DNA of 64,000 nucleotides from Marsupella aquatica (GCA_973895155.1 OZ316892.1:23941971-24005970); one strand, 5' to 3'; counted from the first letter of the stretch, positions 48,565 through 63,032 are shown. Program-made: numbers and translations. Notes: generated by a model from the letters alone, not told the origin.

Positions 48565-49243
48565 CTGCTATTCACTAACCTATCCCCCAAATTGACCCCT
48601 AATTATCATATATCTCTCAAACTATTTTAATTCTTACGTTACCCCCTTTTTGAATATTGGTTACTCTAACTCCCGTACCCAGAGGTTAGTCCGCATTGGT
48701 TGCCTGCCACATGACAATGTGCTATTTGCCATAAGAAACTCTGACTTACGTTTACCCCCTTTTTGAATATTGGTTACTCTAACTCCCTTACCTGGAGATC
48801 AGTCCGCATTGGTTGCCTGCCACATGACAATGTGCTATTTGCCATAAGAAACTCTGACTGGCTCAGTCTACCCTAACCCGGGTTGACTCATCTTCAATTT
48901 TACATTTTAGGGAGTACCGGGCTGCCCCCTTGCATTGTGCCAAGGCAGCCCCGACCCCGGCCGCAAAGGCAGGCCTGCCACCCCTTCCTCCCTTTTCCGG
49001 CCAGGTACTCCCTAAATTTTCATAACGGGAGTGAGTCGGCCTAGGTTAGGGTAGAAGCGGCTGGGGTTTGGCGGGGTCAATAGTGCCTTGCTACATGGTA
49101 GGCGACCAATGCGGAACAAACTCAGGTTAAGTACAAGAGTTAGAGTAACCCATATTTGAAGGGGGTTGACTTAGGAGTCAAATAGGTTAGGGGGACAGGT
49201 TAATAATTACTTTCAGTTTGGGGGATTGGCTAATAAAATGCTG
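48565..49243. mobile_element. Mutator-like foldback element (long imperfect TIRs) with a 10-bp TSD TTTGATCCTT
   Basis: tttgatcctt at 48555-48564 and 49244-49253; arms pair (atcccccaaa/tttgggggat, ggttactctaactc/gagttagagtaacc, cgcattggttgcct/aggcgaccaatgcg, ctaccctaacc/ggttagggtag); ~111-bp internal duplication in the left arm. Confidence 0.85.
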
Positions 49244-50275
49244 TTTGATCCTTTGACTGAGTGGAAACACTCTTTAGCTGTTAGCAGGAAATGTAGACTT
49301 AACCCGGATTCGCCATGCCTATGGGTCCCTTAATGGTTCTACATGGGCTTCATTGTTTGATTCTTTGGAGGTTCCATGGGGCTTTTTGGCTCTTACTGGT
49401 TTAAATTCCTTTCTTCTCCCCCTACATTTTGTTACTTGCCTTTGGAATACCCTTTATTTTCCCCCCTTTATTGGGTTTCTTGCCTTTGGGATAACCTTTA
49501 ATTTCCCCCCTTAATTGGGTTTTTTCCTTTTGGAACACATTGGACTCATTTTCGTTCTTTGGCAGTGATACATATATAGAGCTCTATATTTGTGTGTTCC
49601 AGAGAAGGTGTCATTGTGTAAAAAATGTCAATTTGCAAAAGATATTGATGTGTAAACAATGTCAGTATACAAAAGATGTTGTGCAAAAACTGTAGTAGAC
49701 AAATAGAAATTGTTGCATAAAGGAGGTAGTTATGTTGAAAATGTTATTTAAAAGAGTTCATCTCACAGAATAGCCATTTCACAAAATTCAGAAGTTAAGG
49801 CATAATGGTGTAAATTTGTTGCATCTAGATGTCATGCAGCAAAAGATGTTTAGTAAAATTATAATGTATAGTTCATGCAAAAGAGATTACAGTGTAACTA
49901 TGCAAATTGAGTGTCAAGAAAAACATAATCAACATTGAAAATGAAAAGAAAACAGGAGTCCTTAGTCATTTCAGTAGAGAATCTATTTGTATCAAAGGGG
50001 GAGGGGGACTTTGCCAGCCACCTAATAAATTTATTTTCAGTATTTCCATGGCAGTGCAATCTGGCTCCAAGGGGGTAAACCAAGAGAGAGGGGCATGAGG
50101 TGAGGTCCCGGGTCAGGTGGTGCGACTCTTCCCATCATGACATAGATTGTGGGATTGAGATTTTGACACTACATGAATAGAAAAATGCTTCAAGCTTGTC
50201 ACTCACACTTCTGCAAAAGTTGGACATTCAATGAATCAACAAAGTGCTTTGCTCCCTCTAGGCCTGTTTGGGTTC

Positions 50276-50538
50276 CTCGGGGGGGAGGGTCACTATATGA
50301 AGGGTCATATATCACGTGCGACGGTTTGGGTCATTTATGACCCCCCTAAGTCACTTTCTAGAAAGTTGTACGGCACCAATCATGTGATGATCGACACATA
50401 TGCATTTTGCAATTAAACAACCCTATATTTCCATAGAAGACTTAATAAGTCTTCCGCCAAAACCATTTAAATGGCCCTATACTTCGTCGCACATGATATG
50501 CCACTTCCATGGAAGTGACCCCCCCCCCCCCCCCCAAG
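50276..50538. mobile_element. Second, inverted copy of the 17786-18071 MITE family; a third degenerate copy lies at about 50734-51035
   Basis: ctcggggg..gtcactatatg at the left end; ccctatacttcgtcgcacatgatatgccacttccatggaagtgaccccc..aag at the right end (close to the reverse complement of 17797-17840); flanks ttgggttc/cttggttc match 6/8. Confidence 0.65.
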
Positions 50539-51109
50539 CTTGGTTCCCCCATCCGTGCAGTTCAGGCAGAATACATATCAATTTTAAAATAAAATTAAAA
50601 TGAATCAACAAGGTCTCGAGATGTATGGCCAGGCCTCCATATACATCCCGTGCAACATTGGTTTCCCCATCCATACGTTTCATGTAGAATAAATTTCAAT
50701 TTTGAAAAATCAATAAAAAATGAATGAACAAGGTCTTGGGGGTCACTATATGGAGGGTCATATATCCGGTGCGACATTTTAGAGATTGACCCCCTTAACT
50801 TATAAGTGAATAAAAATTATCTTTCTTTTAAAATTTTTGTCATTTTTGAATTAAAAAACCCTAAAAATTCTAAAGCAAATATTTTTTACAATTAAATAGG
50901 TATATTTGTCCTTTCAAGCCAACCAATCAATAAAATATGTTATATTTGTTCTTCCATAAAAGTTTTTAAGTTTTTTGTCACATCCATTTAAATGGGCCTA
51001 TATTTCGTTACATGTGATGTCCCACTTCCATGAAAACTGTATAAAATGTTCTACATCATGTGACGGTTTAGGGTCTGGTCTTTTAAACAAAAATACTAAT
51101 TTTGCATCA

Positions 51110-51750
51110 CCCTTTCATCCCCTCCATCATTGGATAGGCAAATGGCACCTGATTTTATTTGTGAGGTGACCAGAGAAGAGGTGACTTATAGGAAGGCAAA
51201 ACATCCCCTCCATCATTGGATAGGCAAATGGCACCTGATTTTATTTGTGAGGTGACCAGAGAAGATGTGACTTATAGGAAGGCAAAAGAGCCCGGCTTTA
51301 CTCTGTTAATAGAGGACCAATTTGCCTCACCCTTTCATACCCACTATCATTTGATGGCCAATGGCACCTGATTTTGATCTTTGAAGTGACCAGACAAGAT
51401 GTGATGTGACTTATAGGAAGGCAAGAGAGTCCGGCTGTAGACTGTTAATACATAACCAACTATTCGCATCATCCCAACTATCTCATGTGGAGACAGCATT
51501 CCACTGTCTGATCCTTCTGGACCAACTGTTGGCCCCATCCGAAACGTCTGAAGTGGAGACATCACTCCACTGTCTGATGTGGAGACATCACTCCACTGTC
51601 TGATGTGGAGACATCATTCTACTGATATTTCAGGACCAACTGTTGGCACCATCCACATTGTCTGATGTGGAGGCAGCATTCCAACGTCTGTAACTCAGGA
51701 ACGACTGTTGGCAATACATTGTCTGACGTGGAGGCAGCACTCCACGTTCG
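51110..51750. repeat. Tandem repeats: ~88-bp units (51110-51430) and ~26-bp tctgatgtggagacatcactccactg units (51480-51750)
   Basis: Direct repetition visible in the sequence. Confidence 0.75.
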
Positions 51751-53158
51751 ATACTTGGATGCATCTAGAAAATATTGGGTCTCATTACCTAGAGTGCTGA
51801 CTTGAACAAGCGTCTGGCCTGGGGCAATTCAACCCCAACACAACCTGGATTACGGTCCATTTGACCAACTAACACCACCATGAGCTGGTGAAGAGTTGAA
51901 CCCGTCTAGAATGCCATCCAGGATCAAGTCTTTGACTGACAGGACTGAAAAAGAGAACCCAGGGTCAAAACCAGCCTCAAATTCCAGGACAGCTCAATAA
52001 AACCATCACAACCAGAGGAACCGACAGTGCAATGTTATATCCGAAAGGACACGCATGTCACTGGATAATCTGGAAATAGATTGCGATTCAAACTTGGCCT
52101 AGAATGGAACCCTGAATCATACTTGAATTTGGAAACTCGGCCTAGAATTAAACTCATTCCAAATGTTTTCAAGATAGCTCAGTTTACCAGAACTCACTCA
52201 TTCGTTGCTTGCATATCTGGCCATAACTGTTCACCTAATCTCGGAGTTGTCATATAAAGTCTAGATTCAGTCCACAAGACGTTTAAGGAAACCAGCAACT
52301 CACATTGAAGTAGGCAGGATAGCCCTTCAATGAATCTGCTCGGAAAAGCCATGTTCTGTCGCTAGCTTCTCACGACCATCAACAACCACAAACAGAAGGG
52401 GAAATAGGAAATTGCTCCAAATCCTTCAGCTACTATGATTAGTTTCAATCTTGCCTCTTAAGTCAATGACACTGCTCTCATGAATGCTGGCAGCTAACTT
52501 GACTCATATCCTTTCAACAACCCGGAAATGCAGAAATTAGCAAAATTAGTGCATTGCTTACGAAACGAGATTTTAAAACATCCCATTGTAGCTCTAGAAT
52601 TTGACCAGAGAAATAACAGAAAGAATTCGTCGATTTCTACTGATCACAAGGAATACTTTGTCCCTCAGAAATCTTGCGCCATCCAGGATTCCATTATCCT
52701 TTACTCTATTACGACACAAGAGGTCCGATGCCCCTACTACATGCGTTAATCGGCAACAGCATAATCATCACTTGGATTCAAGAAGGCCAAGGTACGAAAA
52801 GTGAGTATTTCTGGAGTTCAACCTCCTTCTGGAAGGGAACTACGTCCATATATTCGTTCTATATAACTCTGAAATTGTTAACAACTAACACCACCAATGA
52901 ACTCTGGAGTTCTGTGCTGACACAACGCTACGGGATCGAACAACAAAATAAGCTCTTTTCGCCAAAGTTAACAGAGCCTAAAATTTAAGGGAGAAGTGGA
53001 ACGCAAAATGGTATGATCGACGGTAAATGAATTTTCCTAGACTACTAATGAAATCTGAAGTAAAAGCCGATCTAATTTCAACTCTGAGAATATTATACAC
53101 AGGTAGTTTGCTTCTCAAAATGTTGAAATGCCGATGCTTAGGGATTATTATATTTCCA

Positions 53159-55105
53159 CTACAATAACCTTGCTACTCTTCTCAGAACTTTTACAGGATC
53201 AACATGAACGACATGGACGTGATCTGCTTCTAATATGCCCCCATCTGAATGACCAGCCAGTTCCCCGTGGTCATGATGATGAAACAAAAATGTCAAAAAT
53301 CCAACGAAGCAAAGCACTACACCGACTAACAACTTGTCATAGCGTTCAATCCAGTGGAACTTGAGCTGGCTCGCTCCGTAGAAGGATAATGCAACCAGAG
53401 AGCACATCACAGTGAGCGTGCTCACGAGGAGGACTGCAATTGCCAGTAGCAAAGCACTTGAGGAAGAATCTCCAACTGCGAGAAACACCGGTAAAGTGGT
53501 GGCACACGGGGAAAGAGCCGGAACCAATATGAGTCCGACGACTGCGTACTTCTCCATGTTGTGGCTGTGGGCATGGCCATGCCCGCCTTTGCCCGAGATA
53601 AAGAGTACAATGTAGCTCCCACCGAGAACAACAAGCAAAAGAGAAGCCAATTTGTGTACCGTCTCGTCACCAGCGATTGTATTAGCCATCTTGATGGCCA
53701 CAAGACCTAAAATCGATGTGGACAGTACATGGCACACGGCACCAAAAGCAGCTGCACAACAGGAAAGGCACAAACATCAGTCTAGGATCTCACTTCCCGG
53801 AAAATTAATCGAACTCTGAACATTCGAAAAGTTTTACAGAGATTGGCATTTTGTCAGATCAAGACTCTAGTGGCAAAATTCACCTAAACTTTCATTTCCA
53901 ATCGTTGGCAGGCTATTATCTCTGCAGGGAATTGGAACGAAAGGTGTGGTCTCTCTAGACCCAGCAACACAAGGTATGACACTCAGGAGCGACACCCCCA
54001 CGGAGCCCTGTAGTACATAGTAGGATATGAAGTCCTGGCCAGTTTCTCGGTAGGGAAAACCACCAACACGCATTTACTTTGGGGCTTGAGAACGAACTAG
54101 CTTTCAAAAGTGGTGCGAATTTAAGTTACCAATTCCATGTCTTGCTTACAGGCAGGAACAACCACCAACTAATTTAACTAGTCTTCAGACAAGACGACAA
54201 TGTGATCAACCGGCAAAATAATTACGAAACTTGAGCCATTTTCTTTTAGAGCATCGAAAGAACCAACACGTGTCTTAAAGGGTCGCATTGTAGCATGTCG
54301 TAAGAACCCTCAATGTTACAACAATTGAAGGCCACATCTCGCTCTTCCTTGCAAACAGGCTGAAAGACCAGTTTGTTAAACCAAGGTTACAGTGATTAGC
54401 ATAGTACAGAGACCCCACTTGCTGACAAATCAGGCAATAGTATAATGTGACAGCGGCTTCTTGAAGAGTATTTGTCACAATGCTCTGTGGAGAAAAAGAA
54501 GTGCTCTGAATCAGTGCCATAATTTTCTCAGAGGGAAGTGCTCCTTAGAATGCTGTGCTGGTGAAATACAGTGCTCTCAATCCATCTCATTTCTTGTGAA
54601 GTCCGAGTTTGAAAGAGTTGCCTTCTTTGGAATCATCTGTAGTGGAAGCGAGGCTACCCATTAATCCAATTATGTTGTGAAAGAGCAGTGATCTTCAAAA
54701 ATGTCCTGCTGGCTGAAAAGGGTGCTCTCAGTCAATCGTAAAGCTTGCCAAATAGGACGGTTCACTTGAGTGTTCTCTTGGTGAAAAGTGCTCTCAATTC
54801 TAAGTTTCGTGACAGAGCATGGTTCTTCAGAATGCTCAGTTGGTGAAAGGATTGATTGAAAAGCAAGCCACAGACAAAAGCGAGATCTAACTCGACAGCA
54901 TTGACTCAAGCAGTGATTAATCAGTCAAAAGGTTAGAGGGTTAGAGGTGGAACTTACTGACGAGAAGCGTTCGAGTAATGGACCATTTCTGAGCACGTCC
55001 AACAATCGAGAAGGGCAACCAATGCGTGGGAATAAACGAATGCAGCACCGAGACCGTCGCAATCCCACCAATCGTCGTCAATTCGTCAATCGCAGTTCCC
55101 GTCAT
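53159..55105 (-). CDS. His-rich multi-pass membrane protein of NiCoT/RcnA-like type; exons 55105-54958 and 53751-53159
   Basis: Exon 1 MTGTAIDELTTIGGIATVSVLHSFIPTHWLPFSIVGRAQKW joins in phase to AFGAVCHVLST..; His-rich loops GHGHAHSH and HHHDH, LSPC motif, about 6 TM helices. Confidence 0.75.
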
Positions 55106-58100
55106 CTTCCCCTCCACACCTCGTTTTCTCTCTCACACAAATCGACCTTCAGAACACTCGTGCCCTAACCCCCACACACCCTGTTGACCTCCGATCTCAT
55201 CCCCTCTCGCTCTCCATCAGCAGCAAAACACCCGCATCCAGCTGCTATACGCTGTCCGAACTCTGATCTCTCCCTTTCCTGCCCTCCCCTTCACCAGACC
55301 CCCATTCTTGGAGCTCGTCAGACGCATGAACAACAAGATCTCGAACGCCCAAGCATCACCATTACTGCACCAAAACTTCGACACTCTTCATCGACGAATC
55401 GTCGATTTGCTCTCCCGTTTGACCCTCGCCTCCACGCGCGACTCCAGATCTGCACCGGAATCGAGGAGGTTCCACGATCGATGTGAGTTCCAGCTCCTTG
55501 TTCGTTTGTGGGTGGATCCAAGACTGATTGTAGTAAACTAGAGTCCTAGTCTACTGAAACGCCTTCGATCTTTCGCAATTTTGACTGGAGAGCAGAATGG
55601 TTTTCCTTTACCACACAAAAGAAACGCTTCTGGAATTCGACCTTCAACAGAACAGAGTGATCAAAGGGAAAAAACTGTCCATGAAGGACAGTGTAAAGCC
55701 AGTAAACTAACTAAGAAGCTTCCTTTGGAAGGTGGACGGCCGAGATTGTCTTCATCAAGAAGGAACCCAGGTCCTGCATGAAACCCATTTCCCGCAACTG
55801 GGAGTGAGAGAGGGAGTGTCAGGCCCGGTTCCTAGTTCATTGTGCATATGACCCCTATATTTTTAATTTTGGGGGCAACATGGCACAAGAGTAGGAGCAA
55901 TTTTCCGTTGAGTAAAGATGACATTCACAAGAGCAAACCCATGATCAACTAATGAACAAGTACTCGGCATAGAGAGATAGATGATTCACCTCACCTGCGA
56001 CTACGTCCATGGGAACACATGAGAGCTTTATTGCACTCAAGCCCATCGGCCATAATTTATTGAGTCCTTGTAATACAAGTTCTCTCGAGAGTTCTATCTC
56101 TCAAGTGGCTCTATCTCGAGAGTTCTATCTCTCAATACGGTTACAATAGTAACTATAAATTTAAAAGTAATCACCATAAGTCAAAAACTTGTATAGCGGG
56201 GACTCAAAAGATTGTTAGGCTGAACTTTTTAACTTATGGCCGGTGATAAAACCCAGTGTCTGCAGGTGGACTCCTGGTTTCCCCCAACTACAAGTAGCGG
56301 TAGACAGAATAGGTCAAAGGATGTCTGGGATTCTGAGGGGTATATGTTGTGGTGTGTGTTTCAGAATGAGGTATTCTATGTTGCGAGCAAACAAGAGATT
56401 TTGATAGCGAGGAAATGTTATTAGCGAGACACTATGGTTTCACATTTCATTTGTTTTTTGGTGTCATTTATATTTTTTGTGTTTTTTTAAAGTCTCCAGA
56501 TGACTAGCGAGCTCGCTAGCAAAAAGGGGAGTCCCCAAAAGGGATGCTACCAACCAGGTAGTTGATAGCAAGGCAATTGGATGTAGAAAAATAGGGGTCA
56601 TGCAAGAAATTGTTTTTGCTCGTGCGAGGAAAAGTTTTACTGTTTGCTCGCACGTTACAATTACCCGTTCAGAATCTTATGGCATGACTAGTTAGGTGGT
56701 TTGTTTTGCTGGTTTTCCGGCCCCTAGGGCGCTTGGCACATTGCTCTCCTTCAACCCTTGGGCGGCTTTTGTCCCCTTGCATGACCGTATTGATGGGCCT
56801 TGCATCCCCTTTTTCCCCAAAAACACAGAACACATATATAATAAATTCAAGTAGTACTGTTGTACATAAGGAGGTCTTTGCAGATTGTGACCAGGCATGG
56901 TCTATCAAAGTGCCACCTAAGTGTCAAATGTTTTCCGGCACTCTATGGGAGTGTTCCAAGCAGCCACTTTCTTGTAGGGAAAAAGTTACCTAAATCTTAT
57001 CTAGAAAACAGTTTGTTGAATCATATAATGGAAAGCCACACAGTGAAAAGCAGTGTCATTCACCAAACACAGATCCATGGCTAAGGAATATTAATTATTT
57101 TGGTAGATCTAAGAAAATCTAAATAATGGTCATCCTGAATAGGAAGATCCGAAGGTAAATATATATTCAACAGTGGCAAATGGGCTCCATGCAGGGAGCC
57201 CAAGTGGAAGCTGGGATCCTGGCTTGGATGGACACAAACATCTGACATTGCTACTAACTTTGGTTGAACTCATGAACTTCACGTGTCATAATACTCTCAG
57301 AACCTTAAAGTGTCATGATATGGAATGATAAGGCTAGATACATGACAACCAAGTGAACCCAACTCCTTCAATAATTGAATAAGAATGGAGGCCGGTGCAT
57401 GGACTTCTTACTTGAGGAATCCACTGAAAATTTTCTATTACGGGTCAAATCCATGTTAAATTCATGTTATTTTTGGACTATGAGTGTCAAATGTGCTATG
57501 ACGGTGAGTAAATTTAAATGTTTCCTTTGTATCCATTAGGATTTTGTATGCTCCCCTGGACATCATGATTGTCAAAAGTTTGTGTGTAACATCTAAACTT
57601 CTACTTACTTAGGGTGACTTATGAGACTCACTAGGCACTTGTGACTTTTTTCTCCAAATCAAACTAGAGGACCATTTCTTTTTCCAAAGATAGACTTCAG
57701 ACAAAAAATCAATTGATATGAAGTTCAATAAATTCAAATCCCTTGGATGAAGTGGCCATTTGAAGTTACTGTGGAATGTTCAAACCACCTCAATCTGGAG
57801 GTGGTCTAAATTTTATACAAATAAGCACTTGACATTAACAATCATTTACCTTGGCCTTGACTTGATCCCACTGCTTGCCATGTAGGATCGTTAGACACCA
57901 AACCTACAGAGACCCCTTAATGCCAACTGCGGCCATTCCCACTTGATCACTACACAGTCCACATGCAGTCTTGCAAGGAAAAAGAAGAAGCAAGGCCTTA
58001 GGGTGCTTTCATACAAAGTGGGAAAGCACCTTCTGATTTTATTTTTTTGAATGGCTTACGGCTTGTTCTAAGCCAAATACAAAACAAATAACTAAAAATC

Positions 58101-58468
58101 AAGTATGGCTGGTGACCCCAGTGAGCCAAGGTAGGAGTGGCCATGGAGTAAGGTGATTTTTAAGGTTTAATTTCTGTTTTTGCCAAGGTAGCAAATGGCA
58201 CCGTGTGTGAAGGGAAGATGCTCAGCATATTATTTCTCAATTTGTCCTAGATTGATTTATGATGGGTAGATTCCCGAGACTTCACGGTAATCATCAGATT
58301 CTGGTTAGTGAGGTCTTGACTAAGTAGGAAATGGACTAATCCAAGATAAAAGGCTGGTACATTTGAGCCATTCAAATACAACTAATATTTTCCAATGAGA
58401 TGCGCATAAGATGAGATGCGCATAAGATGATGTTAAGAATAACATTGTCTAATTTTATAGATTAACTA

Positions 58469-58850
58469 CACTGTTCACCGTAATTAGTGTGACTACCACT
58501 AATTCGAGAGTGCCCATTTTCAGGGTCTACTCGCGAATTAGTGTTAGTCACACTAATTTTGTGCTAACACTATTTTCACACACATGAATTAGTGTTATTA
58601 TGGTCTTAAAAGTGGCAAAATACAAAGAAAAAAACTATTAAAAAAAATCCACAACAATTAGTGTTACTTTGGACTAGAGATCATCCATTTTTTACAAGCA
58701 ATTTAAACTAAACTGAAAAAAATTCATTTTGAAAACCGACAAAAATTAGTGTTACTTGGACTCAAAATCATTTTTACCAAAATTAGTGTTAGTAACACTA
58801 ATTTTTTACTAACACTAATTCTTGCATAACACTAATTACGGTGAACAGTG
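58469..58850. mobile_element. 382-bp MITE with perfect 22-bp CACTG-starting TIRs flanked by TA
   Basis: ta|CACTGTTCACCGTAATTAGTGT ... ACACTAATTACGGTGAACAGTG|ta; many internal AATTAGTGT/ACACTAATT motifs. Confidence 0.9.
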
Positions 58851-61800
58851 TAGCTCAATACTTGTGCATTGCACCTTGGGGGATTCAGTCTAATGGAGGT
58901 CCCATCTCACGCGCAAAGTTTTCACCCTGAAACTTAAGGAAACACAGTAGATTTCACTATTTGTAACCCCTAACTTTATGGAATAGGAATATTCTCACAT
59001 TTGGTTAAAAAAAACCCCTATAGTTCTTCTAATTCTCAAAATTGGATTAAAACACCCCTATATTTCTTTAACAAGTTTTTTAAAGTCTTCTGTGAAATTG
59101 AATTAAAAAAGCCCATAACTTCTTTGCGAGCGATAGGTTGGAAGAAAATAAGTGAGGACCCTGGCATTGCGTAGAAGATATCGTTGGGTAAAAGACGTCC
59201 TTGTGAAAGTGATGCCATAGCGCAAAAGATATTGTTGCACAAAAGAGATCAGTACAAAATTGATGTTGTTATGCAAGAGATGTTATGGACAAAAATAAGT
59301 TGTTGCATAAAATAGATCATTCCACAAAGCATGTTGTTACATTAAAGGGTTTTATTCCATAATTACGGGATTCCATAAAAAAGTTGTTGCGAAAAAGATA
59401 TCCTTTGCTTAGAATACTGACTCAGGATATCAAGATAGCATTCTTTACAATTTTGACTCATATGTGACTTGTAAGCACACTCCTGACTGTTTGCACAGTG
59501 GTCAGTCCGGGGTTCAGTCCCTGCTCATGCAAACTACTCAGGGTGTCGTTCACAAAAGTGAAGCGTTCTTTCTCCTCGTCTTTCTCAAAGTGGTAAATTG
59601 GTGCTCGTGCCCCCAAGTACTGAGAGCGTTCTTCACAAAAGTGAAACTTACATTGGTGGTTAATTTATAATATTTGTCTATCTTTGCACTCAGCGGCAAA
59701 GATAGACAAATGGTTTCAGAAAAAACAAAGAAACTTTGTCAGGTAATAGATTGGACACCCTGAGAGAACATGCTGGAAAATTTGATCAGAAACAGAGATC
59801 CAAGAGTTAACCACAAGTAAATGCACAATTTTGCTGAAAACTAGCATTTTACAGTTGGTCAAGACACCTGGAAGAACTACTCAGGGTGTCCTTCTCAAAA
59901 TGAAGTTCATTCTAAGGATAACCAGACAGTGTGTGTTTAGGGAGTAAAGTGAGACAGTGTGTGTCATAGTCCATGGGGATGGGCATAACAAACCCCTCTG
60001 TCTATCCGGACTTAACTTTCTAGAAGGTATTGATATTTAATTAGTAAATAATAAATTTGCACTGAAGAAGAGCTTCCCCTCTCTTTCCCTAAGGAAGAAC
60101 CACACATTAACCAGCCAAATATATATATACATATAACCTCCTTAAAAATACAATACCAACAAACCCCACAAAATTGTCTCCTGATCGCCTACAAGAACAT
60201 CAAATGGAAAAGGCAAAATGTTTCCCAAAAATGAAAAAGGAAAAAATAATGCCTTGGTCATCCGTCCTTTTCTTTCCATAGCAGTCATGCCCATTAGTGA
60301 TTGAGTGTACACTGTACCTACACAGCTTGCACTTCCTGTATCAGTGTCACTCTATTAGATGTATTCATATAAAATGTACTGTCTACACACCAGAAATGCA
60401 TTCATAAATTATACATTTTCTTTAGTTGATAGCTTGCCCCTTTTTCAGATTTCACAGGGCCCAAGATATTGTAAGAATGAAGGCTCTGATAGATTTCCTC
60501 CAAAAGCTGGTTTGTAAATTATGGACTATGAGCAATTTTGGCAGGATTGTACATAATAGTGGTTGATTTGGGACCGCTCGATCTCTACAGTTTATGGATG
60601 ACACTCCGATTCTGATTCAACCTTGGTCATTGGTTAGGTTGGAGACTGGCTAAAGGAAAAACACATTAACCAAATTGACATTTTGGGTTAGAGTTCAGAG
60701 CACTACAATGAGCCCAGACCTTGTGGCATACATGAATGCTCGGTTATTGATTGCCCAAGATAATTCAGTGGTGGGATGTGAAACATAATGTAGCCAAGTT
60801 TTGTGGCACTTGTTCTTGTAGAAGAACTCGGATTGTGAGGAACAAATGCTTAAGACACACTGCACAAAGCCAAGAACTCTATGTGACAAAGCATCCCAAG
60901 CAAAAAGAGTTTGGGTGTCTGGACTGCCTGTAACTCTTGAAGGACTGCCAAAGATTTGCCAACACAGCTGCCAACATGCAACCGGGCATGCGACCAAGCC
61001 AAAAGCAAAGAGAGGGAAGGAGGAGTGCCCTCCCACTCCACAATTACCTGACCAAGTTGATGACGAACCAACTATAGTTGGTGGTGTCAAAAATGACACA
61101 GGAAGTAGCCATGTAAAGAGTGGTGGGCAGCATACTTAGGCCAATTTTGATTAGATATGTTTAGAATTTTTTGTTGACAAGCAAGCAGAGAGGTTGCAAG
61201 ATGAAGAATATTTTGGGTGACTGAAAATGCCCAGCTAGACATGCCTGGTTGACATCAATAGCAAGAGGCTGAAGAGTGCTTGAATGGAACAAAATCTACC
61301 AAATCTCTTTTACTTTGAGAGCTGCCAAGGGTCAACAGTGGTGTGGAGTGTACTAGAGAGTTTTTCAGCTCTGCAACTGAGCATGGGAGTTGGGCAAAAT
61401 ACAAGCGGCAGATGGAAGCATAGGAGGAAATGGTGGCAATCAGGAGGACGCTTCCCAGATCGGCACTCTATGTGACCCTCCGATGTTGGCTCACCTGAGG
61501 ATGTGGAGGAGCAGCTCATACACACCCAGCCACAAGGCCTTGGGGTGCAGGGCCTCAATACAGAATTTGATAAGGAGCTGGGATTTCAGTACCACAATGG
61601 TTTGTTCTAGAAATTATAGAGTGCATGTGTACCGAGTGGACACATAGTGGGAAACAAATGGCAATTTTGATTAGATATGTTTAGAATTTTTTGTTGACAC
61701 CCAAGTATATCACTTTTCTGTATATATTCTAAACCACCCATATCGTGCAAGTGAACAATGTGATTCAATTCCAATGTGGAATTCTAGTATACATCATGGA

Positions 61801-63032
61801 AATGCTTGATTGAAATTGAGCAAAATAATCTCCTATTGAAATGGTACTTGGCTTGGTGCAATGGTACCACTTGAATTCATTGCATTGCTATCCAGAGGAC
61901 AAGGCAGAGTTCACTTTGTCCATGCAGGTCACCATCTCAATTTCTATCGCCACAAATTCTCTTATTGTCTGCTCCCCAACTCCCACTTAACTGAGTCAAG
62001 TGTTCCTGCTTTGCTGCCTTGAAAATCCAAAATTTCCTCAACAAAATTAAAGGATAAAATACAAACAAGGGAGGATCACAAAGAACAAGTGTTCATTCAA
62101 AGCCACAAAATAAACAAAGCAAGAGGATAAATCTGATTCATGTTGCATGATTAGATAACGGCATATTATAGCAGCATTATATATACTTTCTTGGTCATAA
62201 TTCAAGACTAATAATTATGTTCAGGAGATTTAAGGGGCAAAGAGGGCGGAGGGAACTTTAGGTCATGGGTGATGAAACTTGGGGAGTTAACTCTATTTTC
62301 ATTATTACAGGTAGATATTTTTGAGGTAGCAAACTTACGCAATAAGATATTTCACTAGTCCTTACGTTATCTATATTTTAAAATTTAAAATTTAATAATT
62401 TTTTTGTACGTTATCTTTCATTTTGATAGCTGGTGGAATGATTCTTGACGCACTTCATCACTACTTGACGAATCTTTTGTTTATTAGGACAATTATGGTT
62501 CCATGAACCTTTGCAATCATTCACTGGAAGGGCGCCATAAATTGTGAAGATTAAAAAACACTTTTCTTAACTGGCCCTCACATTTAGGTCAATTATTGTT
62601 TTGTGATGTTATTCACGCTTTACTCATCCCCGTCCTCATCAGCCCAAAGAAATTAAAAAACAATGTTTGACAAACCACTAAGATGGACCACCATCACCCA
62701 GTCTGACCATTTTCAAATGTTGAAGTGAACTCGAATGGTACTGTTTCTTTGTATAATTAAATGACCACACAATGGATTTCAAAAAGCTGATTTGAGTTGC
62801 ATGGTAAAACATTTTAATCCATCCAAGCATCAACTTTGCCAAGTTCAAGTGATACCTGTTAGTAGATTGTAGCTTTTATTGAGTCTTATTTAGTGGTAGT
62901 CGTGTTTACGTTTCACTGAAGTAAAATTAAGACACATAATAATTCAATTGATGGCTAAGAAGAATCCCATTCTTAAGGGCTCCAGAGTTCTTGTTGAGAC
63001 TTTTGTTTGTTTTATTATAGACAGTTATTTCA

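Noticed and set aside
60400-61700. Coding-like, CpG-poor stretch with a short duplication (about 61143 and 61663), possibly a decayed TE gene
   Set aside because: No motif could be assigned and the frames are broken; not supportable without a search.
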